Positions 1-11,608 of a stretch of 64,000 bases of DNA are shown piece after piece. The stretch comes from Psammoneis japonica (lineage: Eukaryota): assembly GCA_008632985.1 (NCBI GenBank), contig QPGO01000110.1, forward strand, positions 186,001 to 250,000, read 5' to 3'. Made by a program: the position numbers and the translations under genes. Each line of letters begins with the position of its first letter. Position 1 is the first letter of the stretch. Under the pieces are notes generated by a model that saw only the letters and a list, made by a program, of their open reading frames with translations, was not told where the DNA came from and did no database searches.

Positions 1-2600
1 CTGCTGCCTTCCGCTCTTTGGCACTTTGAAGCAATTTCTGGTTCTTCCACTCAGCAGCACTTTTATCCTCCAGAGCATCTGGCAAATCAGCTTCTGTGTA
101 AAATGCCTGGCGGTGTTGAGCAACCTTCAAACATTTTGGTTTGACTGGGCTTGGCAGCAGCGCATTGTCACAGACTGGCTGTTCAAGGTCTTCTCCCCCA
201 AATGACTCCCTTTCTTCTTCATGCCCACTCACATTGATGGCTGTTGCAACAAAAAGAAGAGCTTCAACGCCAAGGATGGGCAGGGAAAGCTTCAGCATGA
301 GGCAGGAGCAGCAGTCAACAATGCCATGGAGCATTTCTCTAAAACTGATTTGTTGGTGCAATTTCAGCATGCACTGTGCAGACGTGTGCGCAGATGCTGC
401 CACTGCATGGGAATGAAAAGCATCAGAGCTGAAATCAAAAATTGTTTGATGGACAGACCAACAAAACTGCATGATCGTGTGCATTCATGGCACCAAAAAG
501 CCATGTGTTAAAACTGCTCAGTTCTGGACAAACACATGCAATGCCATTGTGCCAACTTTCGTCTCCTCACTGATTCTTGCACGGTGAGAACCTTGGGCAT
601 TTTCAACATGCTGTGCAACCTCTCAACTCCAAAGCGAGGAATGTGCAAACAGGCCCACAACAAATTGTCAGCTTTTTTGCATGTCAGAAGCTGTGGGCTC
701 TGTGGGTGCAACTCTGCCTTTCTTGGAGGTTTGGGCTCTTTTGCAGGGTCCAGTCTGCACCTGCCTCTCCTCAACACCCTGACTTTGAAGCTGTTTGATT
801 TGTCTTTTGAGGAAAAAAGAAACCCAAGGCTGCGCCTTTTACAGAGCCGGCGTGCTCATTGACTGTGTTTCTTTCCTTGAGTTTTGTTGTTTTCATGTGA
901 TGAACACATGCTCTCTCATCTGTTGTTCCAGGCATCTGACATTTGTCAATTGGTCACCAGTGGTTTTGCACTTTCTCCCATGAACCATTGTGGCTGTGAA
1001 GAGCAGAATCTGCTCCGACTGGATGATGCTCTGTTTGGCCTTTTTGGAGGCACATGTTTGCATCAGCCTTGAGTGATGCAACAACAACATGGCCACTTTT
1101 TTCTCCATGAAATCTGGCAATGTTGGAGCATCCCCAGAAGCTGAAATCAGCCCAGTTTCCTCTTCTTTGTTTTGGTGCAATGCCTGCACTCACTCCTCAC
1201 AATCTTCTGAAAGCACACATTTCCAAGTGAGTGCACATCAATCTTCTGGTCAATCACACTGATGTTTTGGAATGTTTCTTGTTCCCAGTCATTGTTGGTG
1301 ACAGCTGTGCTTCTATCTCATCATGTGCCCAACGTGAAAGCCAGCACTTGGCTGGAGCTGGCCTTGCAATCTCACACACTGGTGCTTGGCAGTGTCAGAG
1401 TGGACAAACACTGAGCACTTGGCTCTGCCAAGACTCTGTGAATGCCTGAAAAAACTCTCTGCTCATTTGCACTTTGGCACAAAGCTGTTTGCTTCACAAC
1501 TCACAACACAGCCTTTTGCACAATTGCAGAGACTTCCATGGGTGGCAAACTCACACAAGGAAGCAGCTCTGCACACGCCACATGTGTCTGTTTGCATCCT
1601 TGACTTGGCTTTGAAAGTGGCAGCTGTTGAGCTTCCCCCATTTGTGTCAAAGAGTTTTCAACACCCACACTGTGTTGTCCCAACAAGCTTCAAAGCCCCT
1701 GACATCCTGCGCCACACTCGAGCCAACCAACCATGCACTGCTGCCTTGCTGCAGTTTGAGCCCATTGTCTTGTGAATGCTGTCACACATTGCATGGAACA
1801 AACTTTGCCAGCTGGACATTTGTGCACATTCTTGGTCAACCACGAGTGCTGCCTTGGGCCCACTTTTTTGATGCTGCCTTTGGGGCAGAGCATCAATGCC
1901 AAGGGTTTTGTCTTGCCCCATCATGTGGTGGTCATCCCAGTTGTTGCAAGGTTGTGATGTCTTGCCCCCCATTGCTGCCAGCAGCATTTTTGGATGATTG
2001 TCATCCATGCCTGCCAGTGTTGTCCATCTTGTGCACCATTTGCTCTGTCCAAATGATGCCTTCTCATCTCTGCTGTCACAGAAAATCATTGGCAAAATTT
2101 TGTTTCCGTCATTTTGCATGTTCTCCCCATGAAGTGAAGACGTGGGTTGGCACAGTCATCTCCTCTCCCCTCAGCTGCTGCTGGCTCTCTCTTTCTCTCT
2201 CCAGCTGGAAAGAAAGAAGTTTGCTTTCAGCCAAGAATGTTCAGCAATGTGCAGACAGTCACACTGTGGCATTGGTGATCCAAAGATGGCATCAATGAGC
2301 ACAAATGAGTGAAGTCCCGTGCTCGGTCAGTGCAGAAATCTGAGTGAACCCTTTCAGTCAGCAAAACCACAGCATGCTGCAGCGCTTGGTGCAAAATTAC
2401 GTGTGCTTCACCATGTTAAAAAATGGAAACCACGGTGAAAGCACCAAGGAAAGAGACAATCTGTTGTCTGCCCTGTTCAACACTGGGGCGTGCCGGTGTC
2501 TTGACTGTGCTAACTGATTGAACAGACATGTTTGACAACACGCAATGAACTTCCACCAAAGGAATCTGCTTCACCACGGGTGGTCATTTAGAGCCTCGTG
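1..2600. repeat. Decayed transposon-derived block, TpA/CpG-depleted, family unassigned
   Basis: Almost no TA and few CG dinucleotides; only short Cys/His-rich Tyr-free ORFs; right boundary approximate (TA reappears at about 2.7 kb). Confidence 0.7.
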
Positions 2601-3039
2601 GAGCATCTCTGGTGTTGATTGCCAGCGATTTGCGAGGCAATTTGGTGAGCGATTCACTGCACTTTGCCATGGTGAAACAAGGATTGTCCAAAATTTTCGA
2701 TTTAACATCTCTGCTGGCGAAAGTTTCGAGTTACATACAGTAATCTTTGCATGTGTCGAGCAACAGTTGTGTGACGTTAAACCACTTGCATTGCTCATGT
2801 GGACGTTCTCCACCCCTCAAACTTTTCACCCCGTGCTTTCACCACGTGATTATGATTTGTGTGGACTGGATTTAAACGTATTTTATGTACGGCATGCTGT
2901 GGTTTGGCCTTTTTCTGAAAACTGAAAGGGTTTGCACTCGTCGATCGTCGCATCGGGTCCGCTCATCTCGGCTCTCGGCTCTCGCTCGGAACAATGAACC
3001 TCACACGCAGCAGCAAAAAGCAACTTTGAAAATCCCACC

Positions 3040-3486
3040 ATGACGAATGATGGCTCCATACGCACCTAGAGTAGAACACCACTGCAGAACAAATCCAGCA
3101 TCGTCCATAATCGTGATGAGGAGCAAATCGTCGCTGATGACTCCTCGTCGTCTACGTTTACCTTTATCAAGGCCGCTGCATTAATATCCTGCTTGCTGGC
3201 CACGGTCTCGTCTCTTGCCGTTGGCATCCCAGTTGCGCTTCGATCAATTCTGTCTCTTCTCCTTTATTGTATTTGTGATGGACAGTATAGTCCTGACAGT
3301 GATATATGTTTCAAACCACCAGAAGTATTGACTTGGTTGTCAATCCTTCTCGTTTGCAGTCTGTTGCCGTTGGTCCAATGGATGGCAGATGTCTACTATG
3401 AGAAGTATCCACAGGCAATTGGATTCTCGATTATTACTTTTGCTTTGTTATATCCTATAAGCAAGTTTGTGATTGCAACAATATGA
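3040..3486 (+). pseudogene. Possible small multi-pass membrane protein; ATG at 3040 is separated from the main ORF by an in-frame TAG (3067-3069)
   Basis: Normal composition; three hydrophobic segments in ORF 3193-3486; the only upstream in-frame ATG is followed by a stop. Confidence 0.3.
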
Positions 3487-3517
3487 TAGCGAGATGCAGC
3501 GAAAACGTCGCTACAAA

Positions 3518-5002
3518 TCATTCTACCTTTGGTACTTTGTTCCGGAGCTTTGGGGCTCCCTTCTGCAACTTTTCTAATTGCTCCTCGAGATAATCTGCAA
3601 TCTGCAAGGCACTTGCTCTCCACTCCGGATCCAACACTAGGGACATGTGCATGGCAGTTTTAAGAGCGACAAACGCCGCGTCGTCATTTCGCTTCAAGTT
3701 ATCCGGCAGCTTTGGAATATCTCCAATCAGGGCATGTCCCAGAGCATCCCTTTCTCCTACTCCCTCGTATCTTTGTCCGTTCGTCAACAGCAAGTAAAAA
3801 ATGTTACCAAGAGCAAAAATATCTACCTTTTCGTCGATCAAATTCCATTCTTCTCGGAATTCTTCCGGAGCACGGAGCTATAAGTTACAATCAAATGACA
3901 ATAGTTAGTGACGAGGAGATACTGAAAGGCACTCTCGAGTTCGGGTTACATTGGAAAGCAGAGGGACCTACCACATGTGCAAGCTCCTTCTTTTTTGATT
4001 TACAGCTCCGATGCCGCTTCTTGTCCCAACCAAGCATAAAGCCTTGGTCCAAGCCACCCAATTGGTATTGTCCGTTCACAAACACGAAGCTCTCTTCGTT
4101 AACATTGTAATGCACGAACGGCGAATATTCCGAGCCACCGAGAGTGTGAACGTCAGCGAGGCCACGTGAAATCTGAGCAGCAGCACGTAATCGTCCTGTT
4201 CGGTCGAGTTTCTTGTAGCTGTCCTTGAGAGACTCTTTCTTTTCTAAAATAGCGGGCTCATGAAATGATGAAAACCCACAGAGACCCTGCACTGTCGTCT
4301 TAACCACGTTCGGCGAGGCTGAAGTTTTCTCTTCAATGATAGTAGCATCGATTTGACGGACCATATCATTTTTCGCAAATGGACTGGTGATCTTATGTGT
4401 CTTTAGAACCCATTCAGTTGTATCTGCCCCCTGTAGAGCATAAATGTTGTGATCGCTATCGCTTGTGAATAGCTTCAGTCGATCCTGTTGCAGCTGTGAA
4501 AAACTCGCTTCATGGACATTGTTACAAACAGGGTAGAATTCTTTCTGCCACACATACATTGGGTCGCATTCATCTTCATACTTTATCTTTTCTTTGATCT
4601 TTGTTCGTTGCTTCTTATCATACAAGTAAAATCTTGTTTTGATCTGAGAGTCTTCTCTGACTAGTTCGATCGTCTCGACATGACCGTCTGGAAAAATTGA
4701 AACAGCAATTGGTTTGCTTTCTGTTCCTGAAGGGGGCGGAATGACTTTACTGACAGCATTTACTACCGCAAGTATGAAGACAAATGTTCCGAGTCTATGG
4801 GACAAGGGCCTGTTCTTCCAAGTCGCAGCACGAGGCGCCTCCCGTCGTGCTTGTAGATTGGCATGGCCGCGGCATTCCTGCGTTCCAGCTGATAGCGACG
4901 TTTGACGCTTCTGCTACTTGTGCCTCTCATTTCACGTACTCGAGAAAGCCCTTCCCAGTCCGTTTCCTCCTCAAACCCCACAAGATGACGAAAAGCCGCC
5001 AT
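3518..5002 (-). CDS. Membrane-anchored protein kinase-like (probable pseudokinase); intron 3878-3971; 5' end uncertain
   Basis: ORFs 3891-4805 and 3518-3841 join via GTAGGT...TAG to give HV|LRAPEE...EKVDIFALGNIFY. Catalytic motifs are degenerate (VHYNV, LGGL). The upstream ATG at 5002 is in another frame (frameshift or unseen intron). Confidence 0.75.
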
Positions 5003-5392
5003 GATGAATGCCACGTAGAACGGAACAGAAGTGTTTCGCCCAATCGATTTGAAAAATTGAAATGCGCACATGTGTTGTTTTTTGATACTCCCACAACACT
5101 ATCTGAGTTTGTGGGTTTCCAATGTTTCATACATATAAAACATTTAAGGCATGCGCAAAACGAACGGCATGTCGGACAGAACACGATGGCCCATTTGTGA
5201 CGAAAACGGAATCTTGCTGATCTTTTTCTAAAACAAGTAGGACCTCATACAAAGCCTATGTGCGTAAAACGCTGTACTATTTTATCGTACAAATCCCAGC
5301 TGTCCGCATTTAGGGCGCCAAACTTTCCCCCCGCAAGAGAGCCTGCCACTAACTAGACCAAGTGCTCGCAAGAGCCGCAACTGCGCCACACC

Positions 5393-5788
5393 TCACTCAT
5401 CACGGTCGCTGTTGCCATCGGACGTCTCGTCTTCAGGTCCATCGCACCCGCGGCAAAATCCGCCTGGGACAGGCCATGAGTCCTTGATGCCGCCCTCAAC
5501 ACACCATGGAAGACGTTTGCGGTTGTTCCAGCCTCGTCCACGATGTCCATTGACAAGAACAGAAGCTCTGCGACAGAGGAGCGCTTTGGCTTCGCGATTC
5601 TCATGGCAGACTACGCGTTTTTCTCCTGTTCCCCGGGTTTCGGCGAACAGCTCGAACTCTTCACGATGAAGCTCCCACAGACAAGGCTCCTGTTTGCAGT
5701 GGCTGCAAATGGTCGCTTCTTTTTCGATCTTGACCTTCTTCAGCAACGGAGGAGAGTTGGAGTGCTCGTCAGATTCGGAGGAAGACAT
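5393..5788 (-). CDS. Small accessory ORF of the Kolobok-like element (CxxC-x3-C motif; RKRLPWCVEGGI), apparently mutated at TA sites
   Basis: Divergent from the transposase inside the TTAA-bounded element; no Tyr; LCRR and GFCRGC are likely Tyr>Cys changes. Confidence 0.55.
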   Translation of the reverse strand: MSSSESDEHSNSPPLLKKVKIEKEATICSHCKQEPCLWELHREEFELFAETRGTGEKRVVCHENREAKALLCRRASVLVNGHRGRGWNNRKRLPWCVEGGIKDSWPVPGGFCRGCDGPEDETSDGNSDRDE

Positions 5789-6167
5789 GTTTGTTGTCTG
5801 CGGCCGTCGACACTTGATTTTTTGTGGGGAAGTGGCCATGTCTCTCAAATGCCATTGGGTGTCCACGGAGAATGCTCAACAATTTCGATTCTCTGCAATT
5901 GCTGTTCCCACAGCACAATTGTTTTCTGTTGACCGTTGGAACTTTCCGTCAGTGCTGACGACAGAGACAGTGGCGATTTGTTGCTCTGCATGGAGATGAG
6001 AACAATGACATTGCAGCAATGTAAAAAACAAGAGTTCCAGTGTTGTGACAATGAAACACATTCACAAATTTTGCCAAGTGTTGGACGTCACTCGTGGACG
6101 TTCATTTTTGAATGCGGGCTGGCGCTCATTCTTTGGACACGACGAATGAGAACGCCATGTCGAGAAA

Positions 6168-8807
6168 ATGGCCCAACGAGCAGACCAGTCTATCCCTCCT
6201 CTGGTCGCCACATGCCGATCCAAGAGAAAATCAGGCGCTGAAAGCTTCACTCCACCGACACGTAAAGAGGTGGAAGCTCTCCCGAAAGGAAAGAAGAAAA
6301 CCGAGTCATTGAAGTTGTCATCCGGAGGCAGCTGTGGCAAGCTCAGCAAGTCGAATGCTGTCGACTCTGATGCGTGGAATTTTCAGCCGAAGAAGCAGAG
6401 GATAACAGCGGAATCTGTATTTGATTATGAAGATAAGGAAAATAGCAGTCCCGCACAAACCGCCATGAACACTACAGCAGTGTCGTCGTCAAGCTCCCAA
6501 ATGGGGGCCTCTGCCGACAATGCACCAAACAGCAGTCCCGCACAAACTGCCTTGAATGCCACTGTTCCAGCATCAACCTCCCCATCTGTCTCCGCCGCTT
6601 CTGCAAAAAAGAAGGAATATGCACGTGCATCCATCGGCTTGGTTCACCTTCCAACCTTAAAAGCACAGATGGAGGCGAATCTTAGATGCGATCAGTGTCG
6701 CTCTCGAGTGGTGCTTACCAGCACGACCATTGGAATTGCATCTGAGATTCAGATACAATGTTCGTCTAAGTCTTGCAGAAAGACAACACTCATCAGCCCC
6801 GCCACGCGCACTACAGAACAAATAAATCCCTCAAGGAATGGGAGGGACAGGCATCTCCTCAACCACCAGCTCATTATTGCTTTCCTAGCGACTGGATCGG
6901 GAGGCCGAGATGCTTCGAAACTCCTTGGACTGCTGGACCTGCCGAACGCAAAGAGCATGGGAAAGAATACCTTTTCGCACATTGAGAAGAAGATAAGTCC
7001 AGTATTGCAAGCAATTGGGGATTCATCTCTAGATTATGCTCTATACAATGAAGTCCGTGCCACTCTGGAAGAAACGCCGCAGGAAGGTGTCAGTTTTGAA
7101 GCGTGGAAATACGCATATGAGAATTGCACACAGCTTGACACTTACCCAAAAATCACCGCTTCTATTGATATGGGCTGGCAAGCTCGTCATAGCGGACGCC
7201 GATACGCCTCTCTCTCTGGACATGCCGCAGTTATAGGTGCGCTGACTCGTAAGCCATGCATCATGACAGTTCTGTGCAAGCAATGTAACATTTGCATGAG
7301 ATACTCAGACGGTGCCTCTCCCACGCATGAGTGCCCTATGAATTACGAAGGTCATTCCAAGTCTATGGAGGCATACGGTGCAGTTTTGTTGTGTGAGAAG
7401 ATACATGCCGAAAAGAAAGTAACGCTGGCTCTAATCGTCGCAGACGACGACTCTACCATGCGAGCTCAGCTCAAATGGCCTATGAAGGACAAGATAGACA
7501 ATGGAGACCTCCAGGAATGGCCTAAGGTACAAAATTCACAAGGCAAAATGGTGAAGGTAAAATGCACAGGAAAATTGAAGCATGGAGTCCCAGAACCTAC
7601 CTTCAACTCGGATCCATCGCATCGCAAACGGATTTTTTCGGATCGCTTGTACGACCTGAAGAGAAAGGGAAAGAAAGTGACGTCGATTACTGATTGTGAT
7701 ATTGTGCGGCTGGTTAAGAATTTTGGATATATGCGAACTCAGCTCCTCGACTTACCTGAAACAGAATGGGAGAATGCGGCCAAAGCCGTTCTAGAGCACC
7801 ACTTCGATAATCATCAGTATTGCGGGACGTGGTGCAAGCGCAAAAATGAAAGCGACGAGGAAAGAGCCAAAACATCCAAGCGGTATCGCAGCAAAGACAT
7901 TGATCCCTACCTGTACAAGCAGTTACAAGACGTGTTAGCAGAGTTCATCAGTTTGGATAGGCTGCGAGATATCGTGCACAAGAACAACACGCAGGCAAAC
8001 GAAGCGCTCAATCAGTTGATTACCTGGTACGCGCCAAAGAACCGGACGTACAGCCGATCTATGTCACTCAACAATCGTATCTCCATGGCTGTTGGTATTA
8101 CAGTTCATGGATGCCATGACTATTTTTGCCAACTGTATGGACAGCTGGGCATTCCTATGCCAGACGGTACGAAAGAATGGTTAGAAACCGTTGACAACGA
8201 CAGAGAGACAAGGCTAGCGAAGCAGAAGCTGGTTGTGAACAAGATCAAGCGGAAAAAGCAGTATTATGAAACACTGAAAAAACACCAAGCTGCATTCGAG
8301 AAGTCCAAGCATGACGGCGACTATGGTAGAGGCATGGGCTTTGCAAAACGTGATGTCGCAGAAGACGCCGACGAAACCAACTCACCCGACGCAACGACGA
8401 CAGCAAAGAAGGCAAGCAAGAAAATAACCAAGGTGTGTAAGTTCTGCCAAGGTACTGGTCACCTTACATGGAGATCAAGCAAGTGTCTGCGTCATGCAGA
8501 GTACCTCAAGTCAAAAGGCGGCGGCCTTGTTGTAAAAGTTGTGGCCATGGACGACATCAACGAGACTGCTGAGGCGTCGCCTGATAATGCGGATGAGTTG
8601 GATGAGTGCGGATACGACGCGATGAGCGAGAAAATCTTGGCACGTGATGACGTCGGCGAAACGAGCAAGAATCAGGAATCCGTCGAAATAGATTTTTCGG
8701 ATTCCGATGAGTGCGATTTGCTCGACAAATTGCCGTTCGAAGCCGACGATGACGATGACACGTTTGAGACGCTCCTAGAAAAAGACTTCGCAATTGGCAC
8801 TTTATAG
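6168..8807 (+). CDS. Intact DDE transposase, 879 aa
   Basis: N-terminal CxxC...C-x4-C zinc ribbon; SIDMGWQAR..Y.SLSGH, CKQCNIC..HEC..NYEGHSKSME, ADDDS, DPSH, EHHFDNH..CG.WC, TQANEALN motifs; C-terminal CxxC-H-C knuckle. Confidence 0.9.
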   Translation: MAQRADQSIPPLVATCRSKRKSGAESFTPPTRKEVEALPKGKKKTESLKLSSGGSCGKLSKSNAVDSDAWNFQPKKQRITAESVFDYEDKENSSPAQTAMNTTAVSSSSSQMGASADNAPNSSPAQTALNATVPASTSPSVSAASAKKKEYARASIGLVHLPTLKAQMEANLRCDQCRSRVVLTSTTIGIASEIQIQCSSKSCRKTTLISPATRTTEQINPSRNGRDRHLLNHQLIIAFLATGSGGRDASKLLGLLDLPNAKSMGKNTFSHIEKKISPVLQAIGDSSLDYALYNEVRATLEETPQEGVSFEAWKYAYENCTQLDTYPKITASIDMGWQARHSGRRYASLSGHAAVIGALTRKPCIMTVLCKQCNICMRYSDGASPTHECPMNYEGHSKSMEAYGAVLLCEKIHAEKKVTLALIVADDDSTMRAQLKWPMKDKIDNGDLQEWPKVQNSQGKMVKVKCTGKLKHGVPEPTFNSDPSHRKRIFSDRLYDLKRKGKKVTSITDCDIVRLVKNFGYMRTQLLDLPETEWENAAKAVLEHHFDNHQYCGTWCKRKNESDEERAKTSKRYRSKDIDPYLYKQLQDVLAEFISLDRLRDIVHKNNTQANEALNQLITWYAPKNRTYSRSMSLNNRISMAVGITVHGCHDYFCQLYGQLGIPMPDGTKEWLETVDNDRETRLAKQKLVVNKIKRKKQYYETLKKHQAAFEKSKHDGDYGRGMGFAKRDVAEDADETNSPDATTTAKKASKKITKVCKFCQGTGHLTWRSSKCLRHAEYLKSKGGGLVVKVVAMDDINETAEASPDNADELDECGYDAMSEKILARDDVGETSKNQESVEIDFSDSDECDLLDKLPFEADDDDDTFETLLEKDFAIGTL

Positions 8808-9823
8808 CGTTATCAATAATACTCGTAAGAACACGAATAGGTAAAGAAAGTCCCCCGGACGAACTCATAATCGTTCGATAGGTCAACGCATAAAATGATG
8901 GTCGGAAAACAGAGCTCGGTATCGGCAGGACGTTTTGCTTTCGAACGGAGGGTGCTGGCGGGGACTTTCATGACTGAATACGTTCTTAAACTTAATAAAA
9001 TAAATGTCTATAAAGACAAAAGACTCTTGAACCCGTCGCTGACATGACAAACTTTACGACAACACACCACCGTCATGTCGCCGATTTTAGCGATGATGCG
9101 TGTAGCGCGCACGAAGTGTCCAGTACAAAAAAAAATCAGAAAGTCAAATCGTCTTGCCATCCATCAGCTCGTTGTGCCATTGCCTTAAAATAGTGTCGTA
9201 CGGTGTGGGTAAATTTTAATTTTTACGAGCTTGAATTTGCACAGGTGCTCGGAGAGGCGGGCGCCACGCATTTACATGGATTTTGCACCAGAAGTCTTGT
9301 TGTTTGGCAGACCAAATGAACCCTTCTGGGACGGGACACACAAGCAGCAGCACAACGTGCTTTTCTTGAGCTGCTGTGTGTCGTTGACAAGTTTTGCATG
9401 GGTTGGAGCTGTGAGCACCCACACACAACAAGCGGAGGCACTGCTGCTTGTTTCTTTTCATGTCATTTGTCAAGCACAGGCAACAAATGAAGCTGGAGCA
9501 GGGCACACGCCAGCAGCTTCCACGCACATCAGAGTGCACGAAATGGCAAAAAAGTGCAGATTTGCGTGATGACAATTCATTGGAACATTGCAAAAAATCA
9601 TTGTCACACGATGACAGGCCAACCTCTGGTTGCAAGTTTGGCACACCAACACTGCAGTGGCTTGTCAAGAATTGTGCGTGCTGTTTTTCACTGTGCCCAC
9701 ATCGCCATTTCTGCCTCCACCTTGTTGCCACATGCCAGTGTGTGATTGCGTTGCCGCACAAACCTTGGTTTGTCAATTTTTGCAAACACCATTTTAAACA
9801 AGAAAAGCATTTCATCGGTCAAG

Positions 9824-11156
9824 TCAATCCCTTGTTGCGTCTGCAGTGCAATGACCGAGTGCTGTGTCAACTGTGTGCACATTTTCTTGCTGCAACTCTC
9901 TCAAACTAAGCTGATGATCATCATTGGACTCGTCTCCATCAGACTCGTCTCCATCGGACTCGCCTCCATCGGACTCGTCTCCTCCATCATTCGTTTTGCC
10001 TTTTGCGCCTTCCTCCTGCTCATCGTCGTTGCCATTGTCGTCCCTGCTGCTCCCCACCATTGGGCTGTTCACTGCCTTCACCTTCTCCACATCACTGGTC
10101 GGTGCTGTCTTCTTCTTCTTTTTTGCTTCTCCGGACTTCTCACACTCACTTTTCTTGATCTCCGCATGCCACTTTTCAAACTCCTTGCCCTCCTTGGAGT
10201 CTCTGTCTTTCGTCACCTCTTTGCACAAATCGTTGAACTGAATGATTCCGTCATCTCCCCAAGACACTCGTTGTTTCTTTGGCTTCGTGCGCCGAGGGGC
10301 AGGCCTTGTTTCTTCGGGCTCCATTTCCTCACCCAATTCTTCCACCGCCTCCTCCTTGTTCCTGCATGCCCACACCTGCTGACATTCTCCATGGCCAATG
10401 GCGCCAAAGCTTCGTCACCTGCCACAAACAACTGTGAGACCTGTGCGTTCCCAGTTTTGACGGCGCTGCTCCATGCCCGCTTTTGCTTGGTTTGAGGCAG
10501 GATGTGATCACAGAACCACTTGCGTGCCTGCTTGTTTCTTCATTTGCCGCCGGCGACAGTGTCTGGGCCAAACGGATCCCATGTCAGCACAAACGTGATG
10601 TCATTCTCTTCATTCTTGTCATGGCTGACTTTTTCCTGCTTTGCTTTTTCCTCCTGACTGCCGCCTTGAGTTTCTTTTCTTTTTCCTTTCCCTCCTCCTC
10701 AGTGACAACGCCCACACAGATGAAGCATCACCGTCATCTTCTTGTGAGACACACGCAACTCTCGAGTCACACACACTGGTCACTTGGCTTGCGGGCCATT
10801 GCCTCCACCCCAATGGCCGAACACACCGTGTTTCTGCAATTGTTGATTTGCCTTTTTACCGCCTTTTTTGCCCATTCCTCCCAAGTTCCTGACCAATTTG
10901 AAGTGTCCATGTTGCCACCAGCAATCTGTTTCTTCACAAACATTGAGACGCTCCCATTGCTTGCCAATTCTGATGGGCTGAGAAACTTCACCTGTGGAAA
11001 GAGATCATTTCCAGCCACCTTCTCCACTTCTGATTTCAATGCACCATGCGCTGCCTGCACACCTGTTGTCTTCAACACTGCCTGAAGTCTTGGGCTCATT
11101 GGCTTGACAGTCTCATTTTTCTTTCTCTTCTTTGCTGGTGGTGCTGGAGACGACAT
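9824..11156 (-). pseudogene. Decayed accessory gene divergent from the Plavaka-like transposase
   Basis: ORF pieces 10767-11156 and 9824-10375 with WGDDGIIQFNDLCKEVTKDR (GWxxxGIxxFNxLxxxVxxDR type); acidic tail. Confidence 0.55.
9927..9987. repeat. 15-bp tandem repeat (gactcgtctccatcg, about 4 copies) encoding DGDES on the minus strand
   Basis: Directly visible. Confidence 0.85.
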
Positions 11157-11608
11157 CTTGATCTTTGCACAGCAACAATGAGAGGAGTGTCACTGTTCGA
11201 CAGTGCAACCGTCGTTTGGGTCGTGTTGAGACAGCCAGCCACTCCATTTTTCTCTGTGACATTGAACAAATTGTTGTCAGCAACATTGAAATTTGAAAAT
11301 GTGTTTGTGTGCAACAATGAACAGTCCAACTCACTTTTTGACATGGCTGTCATTGCATTTCAACGGAGACAATGTCCTGCATTTTGACAGTGAATAAAAA
11401 GCACAACATTCATTGTAAATGCCAGACAACAAATCAAAATGCAGATGCGTCACACCTGTGAGAATCATCCAAATCTGGAAGACAATGCAATGTTTGCCAT
11501 TTTCCCGCCATTTTTTGCGTGTTGTTCTTCTTTTCCCTTGTCATCCACAAGACAAGGGCGACGAGTGTGAGTCTTGATGAAGGCCCTGTCAACATTGTCT
11601 GATCAACA

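Larger units (their letters stand above)
5148..9184 (+). mobile_element. Kolobok-like DNA transposon (Mutator-like DDE transposase family) with TTAA target-site duplication
   Basis: TTAA at 5144-5147 and 9185-9188; termini GGCA...TGCC; imperfect TIR ggcatgcgcaaaacgaac vs ggcaatggcacaacgagc (13/18); two divergent ORFs inside. Confidence 0.75.

Noticed and set aside
5097..5125. CACTA motif as a possible left terminus of the Plavaka/CACTA-like element
   Set aside because: No matching inverted right end found by eye in the window, even allowing TA/CG conversion.
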